NCBI RefSeq assembly: GCF_036321535.1
Contig: NC_087472.1
Span: forward strand, 91,886,001-91,950,000
Direction: 5' to 3'
Source of the DNA: Camelus dromedarius
Lineage: Eukaryota
DNA length: 64,000 bases
The position numbers and the translations under genes were made by a program. This document shows positions 52,920 through 64,000 of the stretch, piece by piece. Within the stretch, counting starts at the first letter, position 1. Every line of letters starts with the position of its first letter. The notes beneath the pieces were generated by a model. The model was given only the letters and a program-made list of their open reading frames with translations. It was not told the origin of the DNA and did not search any database.

Positions 52920-53610
52920 GCTACTCAGGCTATTATTACCTTCCCCTTGAACAATTACATTCATCTCACAGTGGAGTTCCCCATTTTCATCTCCCATTGC
53001 GGCAACCCATCCTGTGCACTGCAGCTGGATTAATCTTCATGAAGGACAATTCAATCTTACCATGCTTATGCTCAAAAGCCTCCAGTGACTCTTAAATAAA
53101 GTTCAACCTTCTCAGCCTGCATTTGAGAACATGAACAACCCCGCCAGGTTTATTTCCTTTTACATGGGACTATGTCCAGTCAAATTGGTTTGTACTTCAT
53201 TCTTCAAAAATGCATAGTTAATTCTTTTCTGAATCTGTGCCTTTGGCCACACTATATCCTTCGATCAAATTCCTACCCATCTTTTAAATGTCAAATAGTA
53301 ATATTTCTCCTCCTTGGGAGCTTCCCATTCCTCCCACTAGAAGTTCTTCTGAGCTCTATAAATATCAGAATTATCCCTCTACTGTACTACAACATTGCAA
53401 TTATCTGTGTGTGTAATTTCTCAAAGTCAAGGACCTTGTCTTCATTTTTTCAACAAATATTTACAAAACACCAGTAACTTTTAAAGCAATGTTTTAGACA
53501 TCATGGAGGCTGCCAAGTTGAATAAAATCTAATCCTTGCCTTCTCACTGTTTGATACAATGCTAGGCATGTTGTTTATATTGAAATAATATATGTGGAAT
53601 AAATACATGA
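52920..53610 (+). mobile_element. L2 fragments, with a short inverted L2 piece near 53445-53545
   Basis: CACTGCAGCTGGATTAATCTT, GCTCAAAAGCCTCCAGTGACTC, CAAATTCCTACCCATC. Confidence 0.7.
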
Positions 53611-55109
53611 GTAGCCCATCTCACTTACAATAATGTAAATTCTGGTTTATAACACAATAAATTAAATTAATAGGAAATTCTATTCAGAAAGAATACTTTA
53701 CCAGATTAACTTTCAGAATATCTAAATGTTACATATGCAGACATAAAAAGAAAAAAGTATTTTAAATACAAAGACAAAAGAAGTTTGAAAAATTTTAAAG
53801 TCTATTTTATATAAATTAGATATATATTACTGTTAATAATTTAATGATCTCCTATGATTCACACCTGATACACCACCACTGTTAATTACTTCTATTGTCC
53901 TTTAATATTACAATATCAACATGCTTGCTTACATGCAATACTTTTCTGCAAATACTGACCACACAAATTTTAATCTGAATTTCTTTGGAGGCAATTCTAA
54001 TTACATGTATTTTTTTGACAATCATGTTCACATTAATTAAAGTAAGTTGGGAAGTAAAACGATAGATTAAGTATCCACATTGGTATTCTAAATGATGCTA
54101 AATATAAGAATAAATACAAAAAAATTGAAATCTTAGATTTTGGTTTTTGTCTTCTTTATGAATGGTTCTAAGCCAGGAGTTAGACAATAACTAAGGTAAC
54201 TTCGCTTCCCTTTGATACTTATATGTTGCATACACACATCGCTGGAGGACTGGATGGCATATTCAACAAGCATACAAGATAATTCAGATCAGTGTAAACT
54301 TGCTCTCACCAGAAAAGGAAGTTCTGTCAAGAGCGATCCTACCTTTCATTATAATTCAATAGAAAACTGGAGCACTAAGAATAAAATGTTTAAGGTATAG
54401 GATTACTTCTGTTCTAGTTTGGAAAAATGAGTGTCTTTAGATAAGAAAACTTCCCTTTTTGAAATAGAAAGTCATTACTTCTGCAGAAAATGGTTTCCCA
54501 CATTAAAAAGTTAAATTAATTTTCTAAATAGATCTAGTCTTAGCCATTTGAATAGAAAGAGTTTGAATTTAGACTCTTAAATGCAGGCTAATGACATGGG
54601 TCACACCATGATACAAATTTGTCATAAATAAATGGTGTCTTGCAAGTGACCTACGGAAAATAAACTAATGTTCTAAGTAGGGATGTAACTTCAAAATCCA
54701 TTCACTATGGTACCTGAGTCAGAGAGAAATAATTGGTTACTAACAGGGCAATATCAGGTTGGTAACATTATTATTTGCTTACATGAGTAAGAATTCAGAA
54801 TTTGTTCAATTTCTGGAAGGTCATCCATTCATCATTTTAACTGCTAACTGCTTAAATATGCATGTATTAGACTTCTTTAGTCGTCTCCCCAAACTTCTGT
54901 ATGTTATATCATCCTCCTGCAAAAGACAAGAGCTTTGTGGTTTTCTCATCAATGTTGTCACAATTAAGTGACAATATGGAGTTCTACAGGTTCAATCTTT
55001 TATTTTAAAGAACAAGACTGCCCAATGCAGTCTAAGAGTTCAAGAATTTCAGCAGAGAAAACTAAATGAGCTGGCTGAGCATGCTACTGGGGTACCAATG
55101 GGGGACTAC

Positions 55110-55340
55110 ATAAAAATTGATTAAAAGCATGAGTTTTAGAGTCACACTTAGGTTCAAGGTTTGACTCTAATAGTTACTTGCATTTAAGTCCTTGGAATAT
55201 TACTCAAACTCTTTCAGCCCTAGTCTCTTTGTAGGTAAAATGGGAAGAAAAGTAGTACTTAGATTTTAAATAATGCCTATGGAATGCTTACTACAGACTA
55301 GCATATGGTAAGTTTTAGATAAATAATAGCTTTTGTTATT
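55110..55340 (+). mobile_element. MIR SINE
   Basis: TTAAAAGCATGAGTTTTAGAGTCACACTTAGGTTCAA...GTAAAATGGGA. Confidence 0.75.
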
Positions 55341-55409
55341 GATATTAGGCATTTCTAGATAAAAAGGTTTAGATACGAAAGGCATTTTCAAGAATGCTAG
55401 TTTTTTTTT

Positions 55410-55693
55410 TTCCTTCTGTTTACTCCTCTACTTTCTAATCCTTTACCTGCCCCAGGAGACGACCTCCAATTTACTTTGGGTATGGCCAATGGGAAGCACT
55501 AGCAGAGGAGTGGGATAGAAATAAAGTCAAGACACTTATACTCCCAGCTCTCTGTTGAGTGCCCTCTGGTTGTGTCCCTCTATCAAAGGCCACAGATTAA
55601 GTTGGGCAGATCCCCTTATAGTGATATCACGTTTTCCCTCCCCACGACCCCACTGAGTTTGCCACCTATTTCCAACTGAATATGCCTCAATAC
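55410..55693 (+). mobile_element. LTR33-like ERVL LTR remnant
   Basis: GGCCAATGGGAAGCACTAGCAG...TGTGTCCCTCTATCAAAGGCCACAG; ends AATACA. Confidence 0.6.
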
Positions 55694-56963
55694 ATCACAG
55701 TCTAATTGCATACTGCTGGTACAAAAAGCCTACTGTAGCCTAGAGAAGCCCAGGTGTTAACTAGGAAAAGTGAAGGTGTGTGTGTACAATCTGAAGTAAA
55801 GGCATAAAAGAGGACTCTAGGTGGCTTGAAATATGAGGAATGGGTTTCAGGCAGTCTGTAGCTAGACTGCCAAAACAGCGTCTGTGGCTGTGTCTCTTCT
55901 TGTGTGGTTCCTATGTGTGCAATAGAGGCTAGTTTCTCTGCTTAAAGGAACTTGGCACAACAGAACAAAATAGCACAGTCACTCCATTTCTGAAGTCCAC
56001 TCTGTTTCAATAGGCTTCACCAGCAATGTTTTAGAGCAATATTAGTATAAACTCTGTGGACTTCTCAGAATTGGCCCAAAGCTAACTGGAAGGTTTCAAA
56101 CTTCAGGTCAGGAAACACACATGCATACGCACATGCATACACTGCCTAGGAGAATACTCAATGTTATATGATATGAGAAAAAGGACTAGAGACACAGTAT
56201 GAAGCGTAGTTGGGAACTCAAGACACTTCCCATTTCCCAGGAAAGGGGTCCTTCTTCCCAATTCTTGGCCACCTAACTCATCCCCATGGGGAAGCTAAAA
56301 TAGGTACAATTATTAGGACAGGGAAGAAAACATTAGGGTCTTAAGTTTCTTTGGGATCCTATAATGAATTCTAATAGTTCTGCAGAGGTGTTTCAGGAGC
56401 CACTCAGGAGGGATGGGTGAGCTAAGACCAGATTTTAAATGCCAGCTCTGCTTCACCACAAGCTCTGTTTTCATCTGTATTCTGCACCAGCTTCTTTGTA
56501 AGCTCTGGTTTAAAGAAAGGATTACACTGCTAAAAACAGTAATATAAAATTTTTCAAAGTCACTGTCTTTGAATTTTCCATACATCTGTTAGTGACAAAT
56601 GCCCCAGTGTATTCTTGAATTGTAAACATTTCACCTCTGATGATATATGGCATTAATGGTTGATATTACTGAGGACAATAAAATATCCATATACCATATA
56701 GCAGCTTCTATTTATACTTTAACCATATGAATGGGAACATACAGAAGCCCCTTCATATTTATCTATATAAGGCATTATATTCCTATTTTACCTGTAGGCA
56801 ATTAGATAACCATGAGGTATTTTGATGGAAACCAGATCCCAAATATAGCCGAACCTTATCTTTAACATAAATACTTTGGTAAAATATCTCTCAGGGACCT
56901 CTTTGTCCCAACTTTAATTGATATCATATTTGTACTGGAGAACTTTTTTTACATCTTCCTTTT

Positions 56964-57036
56964 TTTTTGGTGGGGGTAGGTAATTAGGTTTACTTATTTA
57001 TTCTTAGAGGAAGTACTGGGGATGTGAACCCAGGAC
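56964..57036 (-). mobile_element. 5'-truncated Vic-1-type SINE with TSD
   Basis: reverse reads GTCCTGGGTTCACATCCCCAGTAC..AATAAATAAGTAAACCTAATTACC, matching 11619-11677; ACATCTTCCTTTT (56951-56963) and ACATCTTACTTTT (57037-57049). Confidence 0.88.
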
Positions 57037-57487
57037 ACATCTTACTTTTAATTAGCATTTTTTTTTCCATTTTGGGAATGTAAGTTTATCCCAATGAGTA
57101 GGTAGTTTGTGTGCGCACTGCATTTGGTAACATAATGAATGCTTAATATCAGCAATAATTACATACCGACAACATGAATGTCTTTTGAAAAATGATTGCT
57201 GGTTTTGTTTTTCAAAGGTAATGGAAACTCTTATATATGTCAATAGCCTACAGCAGAAGCCTCAGCAGGAAGAGTTGAGAGGCAAATTGAATGAAATGGT
57301 GGTATTAAAGCAATTGAGGAGTTTGTAATCCTAAACTAAAAATAGTTTTTCCACACCATAACGGTATATTTTAAAGGTACTTTTAATTTATTGGTAGAGA
57401 ACAAATTTCCTTCCAGCTAACATCTTTTGTCAGCTGGTTGCATGTAGTCAAAAGTTACATTTTCTAAATAATCTGTTTTTTTCCTTA

Positions 57488-57780
57488 CTTTTTAAAAATT
57501 GAAGTATAATTCATTTACAATGTTGTGTTAGTTTCTGGTGTACAGCATAGTGGCTCACAGTATACATATATATATTCCTTTTTGTGTTCCTTTTCATTAT
57601 AGGTTATTACAAGATATTGAATGTAGCTCCCTGTGCTATACAGTAGGTCCTCATTGTTTATGTATTTTATATATAGTAGTTTATGTCTGCTAATCTCAAA
57701 CTACTAATTTATCCCTCCCTGCCTCTTTCTCCTTTGGTTACCATAAGTTTGTTTTCTATGTCTGTGAGTCTCTTTCTGCT
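57488..57780 (-). mobile_element. 5'-truncated artiodactyl L1 3' end
   Basis: ATTGAAGTATA..TTTACAATGTTGTGTTAGTTTCTGGTGTACAGCATAGTG...CCCTGTGCTATACAGTAGG; same family as 2408-3067. Confidence 0.9.
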
Positions 57781-58185
57781 TTTTTTTTTTTTTTTAATGT
57801 ATTTTTTGTTTTTTGTTTTTTAAATAAAATAAACAAGAAAAGACTGTCTGCTTACTATTTGTTTGGAGTTCAAACATTACTGTTAAACAATATATCCTTA
57901 ATATAAATTTTCACTTCCTTGCTATAATACAACCGTATTCATGCAGGGTAATAATTCCAGACCTATTTCACGATCAGTTTCACGATAAAACATAATTGAC
58001 TGTTTTTTGTTCAGTTAAGTTGCATTTAGTGTCTTAATGTGGGTGCTGATGATTTGTGAAACTCGTAGTGGTTCGGGTGCCAATAGTGCATGCAGAGTTT
58101 TATCCATATAAATGATGCCTTGCAGGTTCAGCCATGGCCACCTCTGCTTAGGCACCAAGAGCATCATTAGTTGGCTTCCTGGATT

Positions 58186-58718
58186 TGTATTAGTTAAGAT
58201 ATTTGTGATACAGGCTATTTAAGGAGTTTTTCTAACTTGGCCTTTAGGAAACAATAAAAGGCTAAGTTAAGTGAGATAAAATACTAGTAAATTTATATAA
58301 CTGATTTGGATACCCTATATTTTCTAGTGTCACTTTCAGCTACTACTGTGGCTTATGTTTTCTATATAACCAAAGGTATGGGGGTAGATAGTTCAGGGAC
58401 TGAATGGCAGCTCAATGATGCCATTAAGACCCTAGCCTCCTTCTTACTCTGTCATCTTTACATGGGTGACTTTTATTTTCTTGGTTTCAAGGCAGATACT
58501 ACACTTCCAAACACCATAGCCAAATGTGACATTTATTTCCTGGAAAGGCTGCCTGCTCCATGGACTTCTTCCTAAATCTCATTGGCTGTAACTGTTTATG
58601 GCTAACCTAAGCTGTTAGAGAAAGTGTGAAATCAAGGTCATTTCTTCCCAATCTCTATAGAACAGGAAAAGAGGAACAGAAAGGATGCTGAGTGAGATAA
58701 ACTATAGTATCTGCCCAC
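58186..58718 (-). mobile_element. MLT1 (K/L-like) LTR
   Basis: TGTATTAGTTAAGAT..., GGCAGCTCAATGATGCCATTAAGACCC, GACTTC..TCTCATTGGC. Confidence 0.7.
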
Positions 58719-58893
58719 TAAGGAATTATATTAATTATTTTAGCCTTGGACCAAAAGACAGGCAAATCTTGTTGTCCTCTTCTTTTGTCCTCAATCTATG
58801 TTCTAAAAACACATGCTGGTCATAGCAAGGTGGCCACAGGGGCTCTTATTTCCCTCTGTACTTTTTCAGGGTACATTTATGTTGATACAACCA

Positions 58894-59436
58894 GGTAGTA
58901 GACATTATTTGTTGCCTACTTAGCATTCATTTCTCCACTTTTTTGGTATATTAGAACCCCAATTTTGATCAGTTATCTCCTCAATTCCATGTAGACGTAT
59001 GTCTCAGGGAAACTGAACTCACCCCAATTTTAGGAAGGGAGTCTTTCGAGAGTAACCTAGCCTATGAGTGGTTCTGGAACCAGCATATGATCCCATTTTG
59101 ACCTGAAGTGTAATGGGAATTCTTCCAGGGAGTAAGGGAACATTTCCTTGCTCCTATAAGATAGCCATAGGAATGTCTCTGGACATTACTGGATGTAGAT
59201 AATGACGTCTAAGACTGCTGCAGCCATCTTGCTACTACACTGAGGATAAAGCCACGCTTAGAATGACAGAGCAGAGAGATAGGAAACACCTGGGTCCTTG
59301 ATGACATTGCTGAATCACCATTCCCTAAAGCCCACTCCACTGGTGAACCTCCAATCAAATCAGATCATTTGTTCTTTATTGTTTTAGTTAGCTGGAGTCT
59401 GGATTTCTGTTACTGGTAGCCAAAAACATCTTAATT
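58894..59436 (+). mobile_element. MLT1J-like LTR
   Basis: CTGCTGCAGCCATCTTG..TGAGGATAAAGCC..GGAAACACCTGGGTCCTTGATGACATTGCTGA...TTCTGTTACT. Confidence 0.8.
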
Positions 59437-61444
59437 CTTGTGAATTGCCTGAGATCTTTGTTCTTAAAAGTTCTGAGAAGTTAGTGTTTATGCTATTTAT
59501 GTTATCTTTGCTGCCTGTAACTCAAATTAAATGGGATTTCCCACAGAGACATCATTGTAGAAATACACTATATGCATCAGCACATTTACAGCCAACTTAC
59601 CACCAAGAATGTGCTAAGAAAAAGCATTATATTTCACACTCCTTCCAGTTCAGAGTTTTGCCAACTTAGGGAAATAAGCCACGGGTGCAATGCAGATCAG
59701 CTGGGAAACATTTCTACAAAATAGGTAAACAAGTGGAATTTCACCAGCCACAATTTACTGGGGCAACTAAGCCAACGAAGTAATGTGAAATGCTTTGAAA
59801 TCTACAACGTTAACAGGCTGAAAAACATATCACCAAAGCAGCCAAAGGGACACTTGAAATGAAACTGAATGTTAGGCTAATTGTGCAGCAAATAGAAGAA
59901 AAGTTCCTCCGAGTCAAAAGCTAATGTGCAAAAGCAAAGAGGAAGAAATAGACAATGCGTTATATGTTCCCACAGTTTCCAAACTACACTTGAGGTGGCA
60001 TGTAGGAATTGAAATGCCTGATTGGGGCTTTAATGTTCTCAAATATGCCAGAGCGAGCGCGAGCGTGAATGAATATAACGTTAAGAGTTTAAAGAAAACC
60101 TTCACATTATCTTGGTAACAAGACAGAAGGAAAAATGATATTAACACGTAGGCTGTAGAACTTCTTTTACAAGATGATATTGGATTATTTCCTAAGACAC
60201 CTGCTTAGTGTTAGATACAGCAAAAATCATGGAGTAGAAGCACATGTCAGAAAAAAGAGAAAAAAGGAGGCACATTAAATGCCCTTTTAAAAAAGTAGTC
60301 AGTGTAAGAAAATGTATCATTGATAATTTGAATACAAATGAACCGGTAAAATGCTAGAAAATAATGACTCATGTAAAGCCCCAAACAAATTAATTTTTTA
60401 AGAGTCTCTTCTTTTGGTTTTATAAGTTATTTACTGTTTTATGTCAGAATCATGGATTTGGTTAGCAGATACCATGATAAAATAAAAAAAGGTGTTAGAA
60501 GGTATTCATTTAAACTAAAAGATATGGCATGCACTGTGATTAATTTTAGATCTGGAGTAAGACATGTTCTAAGCCTCAGTCTGAATTTTCACATTGTTTT
60601 GATTACCTATAAAGAGAAAGGTGTGAAACACAAATACACATAAACAACCAGGAAATGCTACTGTGAATTTTATTCATTACTGAAACTTTCTCAGATTATG
60701 CAATTCTTGAATAAAACGTTATTGAGTCACTAACAATAGGAAATGTATGTTTTCCACACATTTAGTAGAAGATAAGTGTTAAGAAGGACTAATCTTAACA
60801 GTGACATACAGAGAGTTAGGAATCTAGACAAATTTAAATATATGAAATGGCTCATCTCTTTCTTATCCAAATATCTGTCAGGTTTCAAGGTTAAAGCCAT
60901 ATTTATGTTTCCATTTTTCCCCCTCATAATTTGTAAGGTTATATCTATGAATATTATACCACCTAATTTCAAAAATTTCAAAAAGGTTAAAAGGCAATTT
61001 ATCATCAGCCTTAAAATGGGATGTTAACAGCTTTATAGTTAAATTAGGCTATGAAAAATGGGTAAAGCTTGTCTATGGAAAAAAAGCTTTTTATGACGAA
61101 GATAATTGAACTCACAGAGAGGAAGGTATAACCTGAAATGATTTAGGAAATTCATCATGAAAGTGTGTCATTATATTAATTTAGAGAGAAAATCACCTTT
61201 TTATTTACCCATCTCTAATGAATTCATCTCTCTGTTCAGACAGGCCAGGGACCAACGAAACGTTAATGATGAACATGTCAAAAGTTGGAATATAACCTTG
61301 TCACATTCACCATAAGACTCTCAGCAGTTCTGAACAATTTTCTTGATGTGCTTGAAATCCTCTATGAGAGGATTCTTTCAAAAGCCATCTCATTGAAAGA
61401 TAAAAGAAAAATTATTTGGGAAAGTTGCTTCAGTCATTTTCTAG

Positions 61445-61680
61445 AATATTTTTTATGAGAGAAGTGATACATATTCATGGTAGAGAATTTGGAATATGAA
61501 GAAAAGCATAAAACATAAGAGAAAAATTACCCACAATTCCACTTTTCCAAGGTAACTAACAATTGTTAATATTTTGGTTTATCTTCTCCCACTTTCTTTG
61601 AATCTCTATAAAACCATTATCATAGTGTGAACAATTTGGTTGTGTGCTATTTTGTTTACTCAACATTACATCATGAAGCC
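61445..61680 (-). mobile_element. L1ME-type 3' fragment, probably resuming at about 63830-64000
   Basis: GTGATACATATTCATGGTAGAGAATTTGG..ATTACCCACAATTCCAC..TGTTAATATTTTGG. Confidence 0.6.
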
Positions 61681-61689
61681 CAGGCACCA

Positions 61690-63770
61690 TATTGAAAACC
61701 AGCAGAACTACAGAAAGCAGCTTCTAACAAAGTACTGGGATATTTACATTATTAAAGATTGAATATAAAGTATTTTTAATATGTTCTGAAAGCAAAGAGA
61801 AGGGGGTGAACATATGAATAAGAAGTAAGAGTCTATGGAAAATGACAAAGCAGATTTAGAAATAAAAACACCAATTTTTACAAATAAACATATTGTAATT
61901 AAACATAAGAATGGTTATTATGATTGAATAATTGAATTGTTAACCAGTTATGGGCTGATTAGAAACATCTAAAGAAATCATTAGTGATTTGAAAGTTAGA
62001 GATGAAGATAATAATCCACCATGCAGAAGAAAACCAAAGAGATGGAAAATATAAAATAGGGTCTGAGATACAGAAAATAGAGCAAAAAATTGTATCTTAT
62101 TCTAAGAAAAGTTCCACAAGAAGAGGAGAGAAAGAATGAAAGAATGAGGCTGACATACATTTGAAGCGATAATATCTGAGAATTTTACGTAACTGGTGAA
62201 AGACCCAAATTCTCAGATTCATGAAACACTGATGACTCTCAGAAAGGAAAAATAAAAGGAAATTCACTGCTGGGTATATATAATGAAATCATATAAAATT
62301 AAATACAAAGAAAAAACTTTTAAAATAGAGAAGAGACAGTCTCTTCAAGTGAGTAACATGTAGACTGACAAAGAAATTCTCAGAGTCAGCAATGGAAGTC
62401 AAAAGCCTGTGGAATAATAGTTCACTGTGCTGAAAAGAATTTAGAACTAAACATATCATTCATGAATGAAAAATATAAACATTTGAGACAACAAACAGAT
62501 TGCATTTGGTACTAACATACCCTCACAGAAAGAAACTATAAAGAACTACTCTTCAGGCAGAAAGAAAATGATCACAGAGGGATGCAGGAAGGTATGATGA
62601 GAAAAAAAGTGTTAAATACTTGGGTATACTCAATCAACAGATTCAATAATTATTTCTGAGCAATGACTATGCGGTAGGGCCTGTTTTAAGTGCTTGAGGT
62701 ACAGCATTGAATAACCACTGCAACAAAAATTCCTGCCTTCATGGAGCTTCCATTCTAGTGAATATCTATCTAAGCAAATATTGACTGTATAAAGCAATAA
62801 CAATGCTCCTTCTGTGTATTAAAAAAATATGACTAAGATGCTGAGCAGCAATAAGAAAATTTGAAAGGAGCAGCAGAAAAAAAATCTTCTAAGGTTTCCA
62901 CATTGTTCTGAAGGAGAATAAAAATATAGCTAAAAGTAAACTTTGATAAATTAAGTATAACATGTGAATTTTCTAGGATATAATGAAAAGAACAGAGATC
63001 AAGTATAAAACTTTCAAACTCAATCAGTTTGAAAGAAGAAAAAACTCAGAGAAAGTGACATATGAAAATGTCAGGTAAGCAGAAATCACAAAATATGAAA
63101 CAGATGATTCCAAATACCACTTATTACAATTAAAAATGAACTAAAAGTTCTAGTTAACAAAGACTTTCAGACAGCAGTGAAAAAAATCAAATCCAACTAA
63201 ATGTGTTCATAAGTGGCATATCTAAAAGTATACCAAATGGTACATAAAAATATTTATATACAGCAAATACAAACAAAATAAAGCTGCCTTGACTATATTA
63301 ATAATACATGAAACAGACTTCAAAGAAAAGGTATTATTAGAGATAGACAGGGCCACCATATAGAATAATAAGCATTTCACCTTATCAGAAACATGTATCT
63401 AGGATACATACTGAGACTACATAAATATGCACAAAGTATATGTCATAATGTCATAGTATATAAAGTAAAATTTGACAGGTTATGAAGAGGAATACACAAA
63501 TAGACCACTTTAGTCAAACATTTTCAAAGTTCCTCCTTCCAAGTGATAGATAAATCAGGCAAAAAAAAAAAAAAAAAAAAACGGAAAGGAAAAATCAGCA
63601 CAATATATAGAATTTCAGATGTCAAACCAACATACTCAAACTAATGCATCCAACAATTTCAGAATACAAAAGCTTTTCAAACCCACAGGGAGCTCTAATG
63701 ACAATTAATAATGTACTGGGTCTTAATGCAACTCTATAAATTTAAAAGGATTAGTATCATTAAATAAATT
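61690..63770 (+). mobile_element. ancient L1M 5' half: decayed ORF1 and ORF2 endonuclease
   Basis: RLTKKFSESAMEVKSLWNN (about 62362-62418) resembles ORF1 RLTADFS.ETMEARRQW; AAAGCTG..CTATATTAATA..ACAGACTTCAAAG..ATTAGAGATAGACAGGGCCAC resembles the endonuclease KAG.AILI.DK.DFK...RDK.GH. Confidence 0.8.
62625..62760 (-). mobile_element. L2 3' fragment inside the L1
   Basis: TATTTCTGAGCA..ACTATG..CTGTTTTAAGTGCTTGAGGTACAGCATTGAATAA..CCTGCCTTCATGGAGCTT. Confidence 0.75.
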
Positions 63771-64000
63771 TATACTAATACAATGTTGCTTTTATTTGCT
63801 ATATTAACATTATATGTGAGATCTTATTTTTAAAAAATCCTATTCCAAATAAGGGATAGTCTGCTTATTGGGAAAAAGTAAATTACCATGCTGCATACTG
63901 TGAAGGCATCTTAATTTTTCATTGAATGATCATGGCATAATTACTCTATTGTTTATGACTTGGGTAATTTAAATTTTTTGCTACTATAAATATCACTGTG

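Noticed and set aside
58040..58110. C/D box snoRNA from TGATGA
   Set aside because: No suitably placed CTGA D box or terminal stem
1..64000. The six-frame ORF list as real genes; prokaryotic systems such as CRISPR or operons
   Set aside because: All ORFs are under 150 aa, unrecognisable or repeat-derived; the DNA is mammalian and has no repeat-spacer array

Overview
AT-rich, CpG-depleted mammalian DNA, most likely camelid (alpaca/camel): it carries two tRNA-derived SINEs of the camelid Vic-1 type and artiodactyl-type L1 3' ends. I cannot support any intact protein-coding gene; the listed ORFs are chance ORFs or decayed L1/LTR pieces. The window reads as a large intron or gene desert. It holds many ancient repeats (L2, MIR, L1M, MLT1/MER68/LTR33 LTRs, hAT and Tigger MITEs), a few young insertions with clear target-site duplications (TSDs), and long repeat-poor stretches with enhancer-like motif clusters. 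Best leads: a 30-nt frame-preserving candidate microexon (6501-6530), a 93-nt candidate exon (51061-51153), a CpG-retaining ~207-bp possible piggyBac-like MITE (4328-4534), and a possible fossil gag knuckle/protease (15227-15420). I found no convincing new biological system. Repeat family names come from my recall of consensus sequences, and old-repeat boundaries are approximate.
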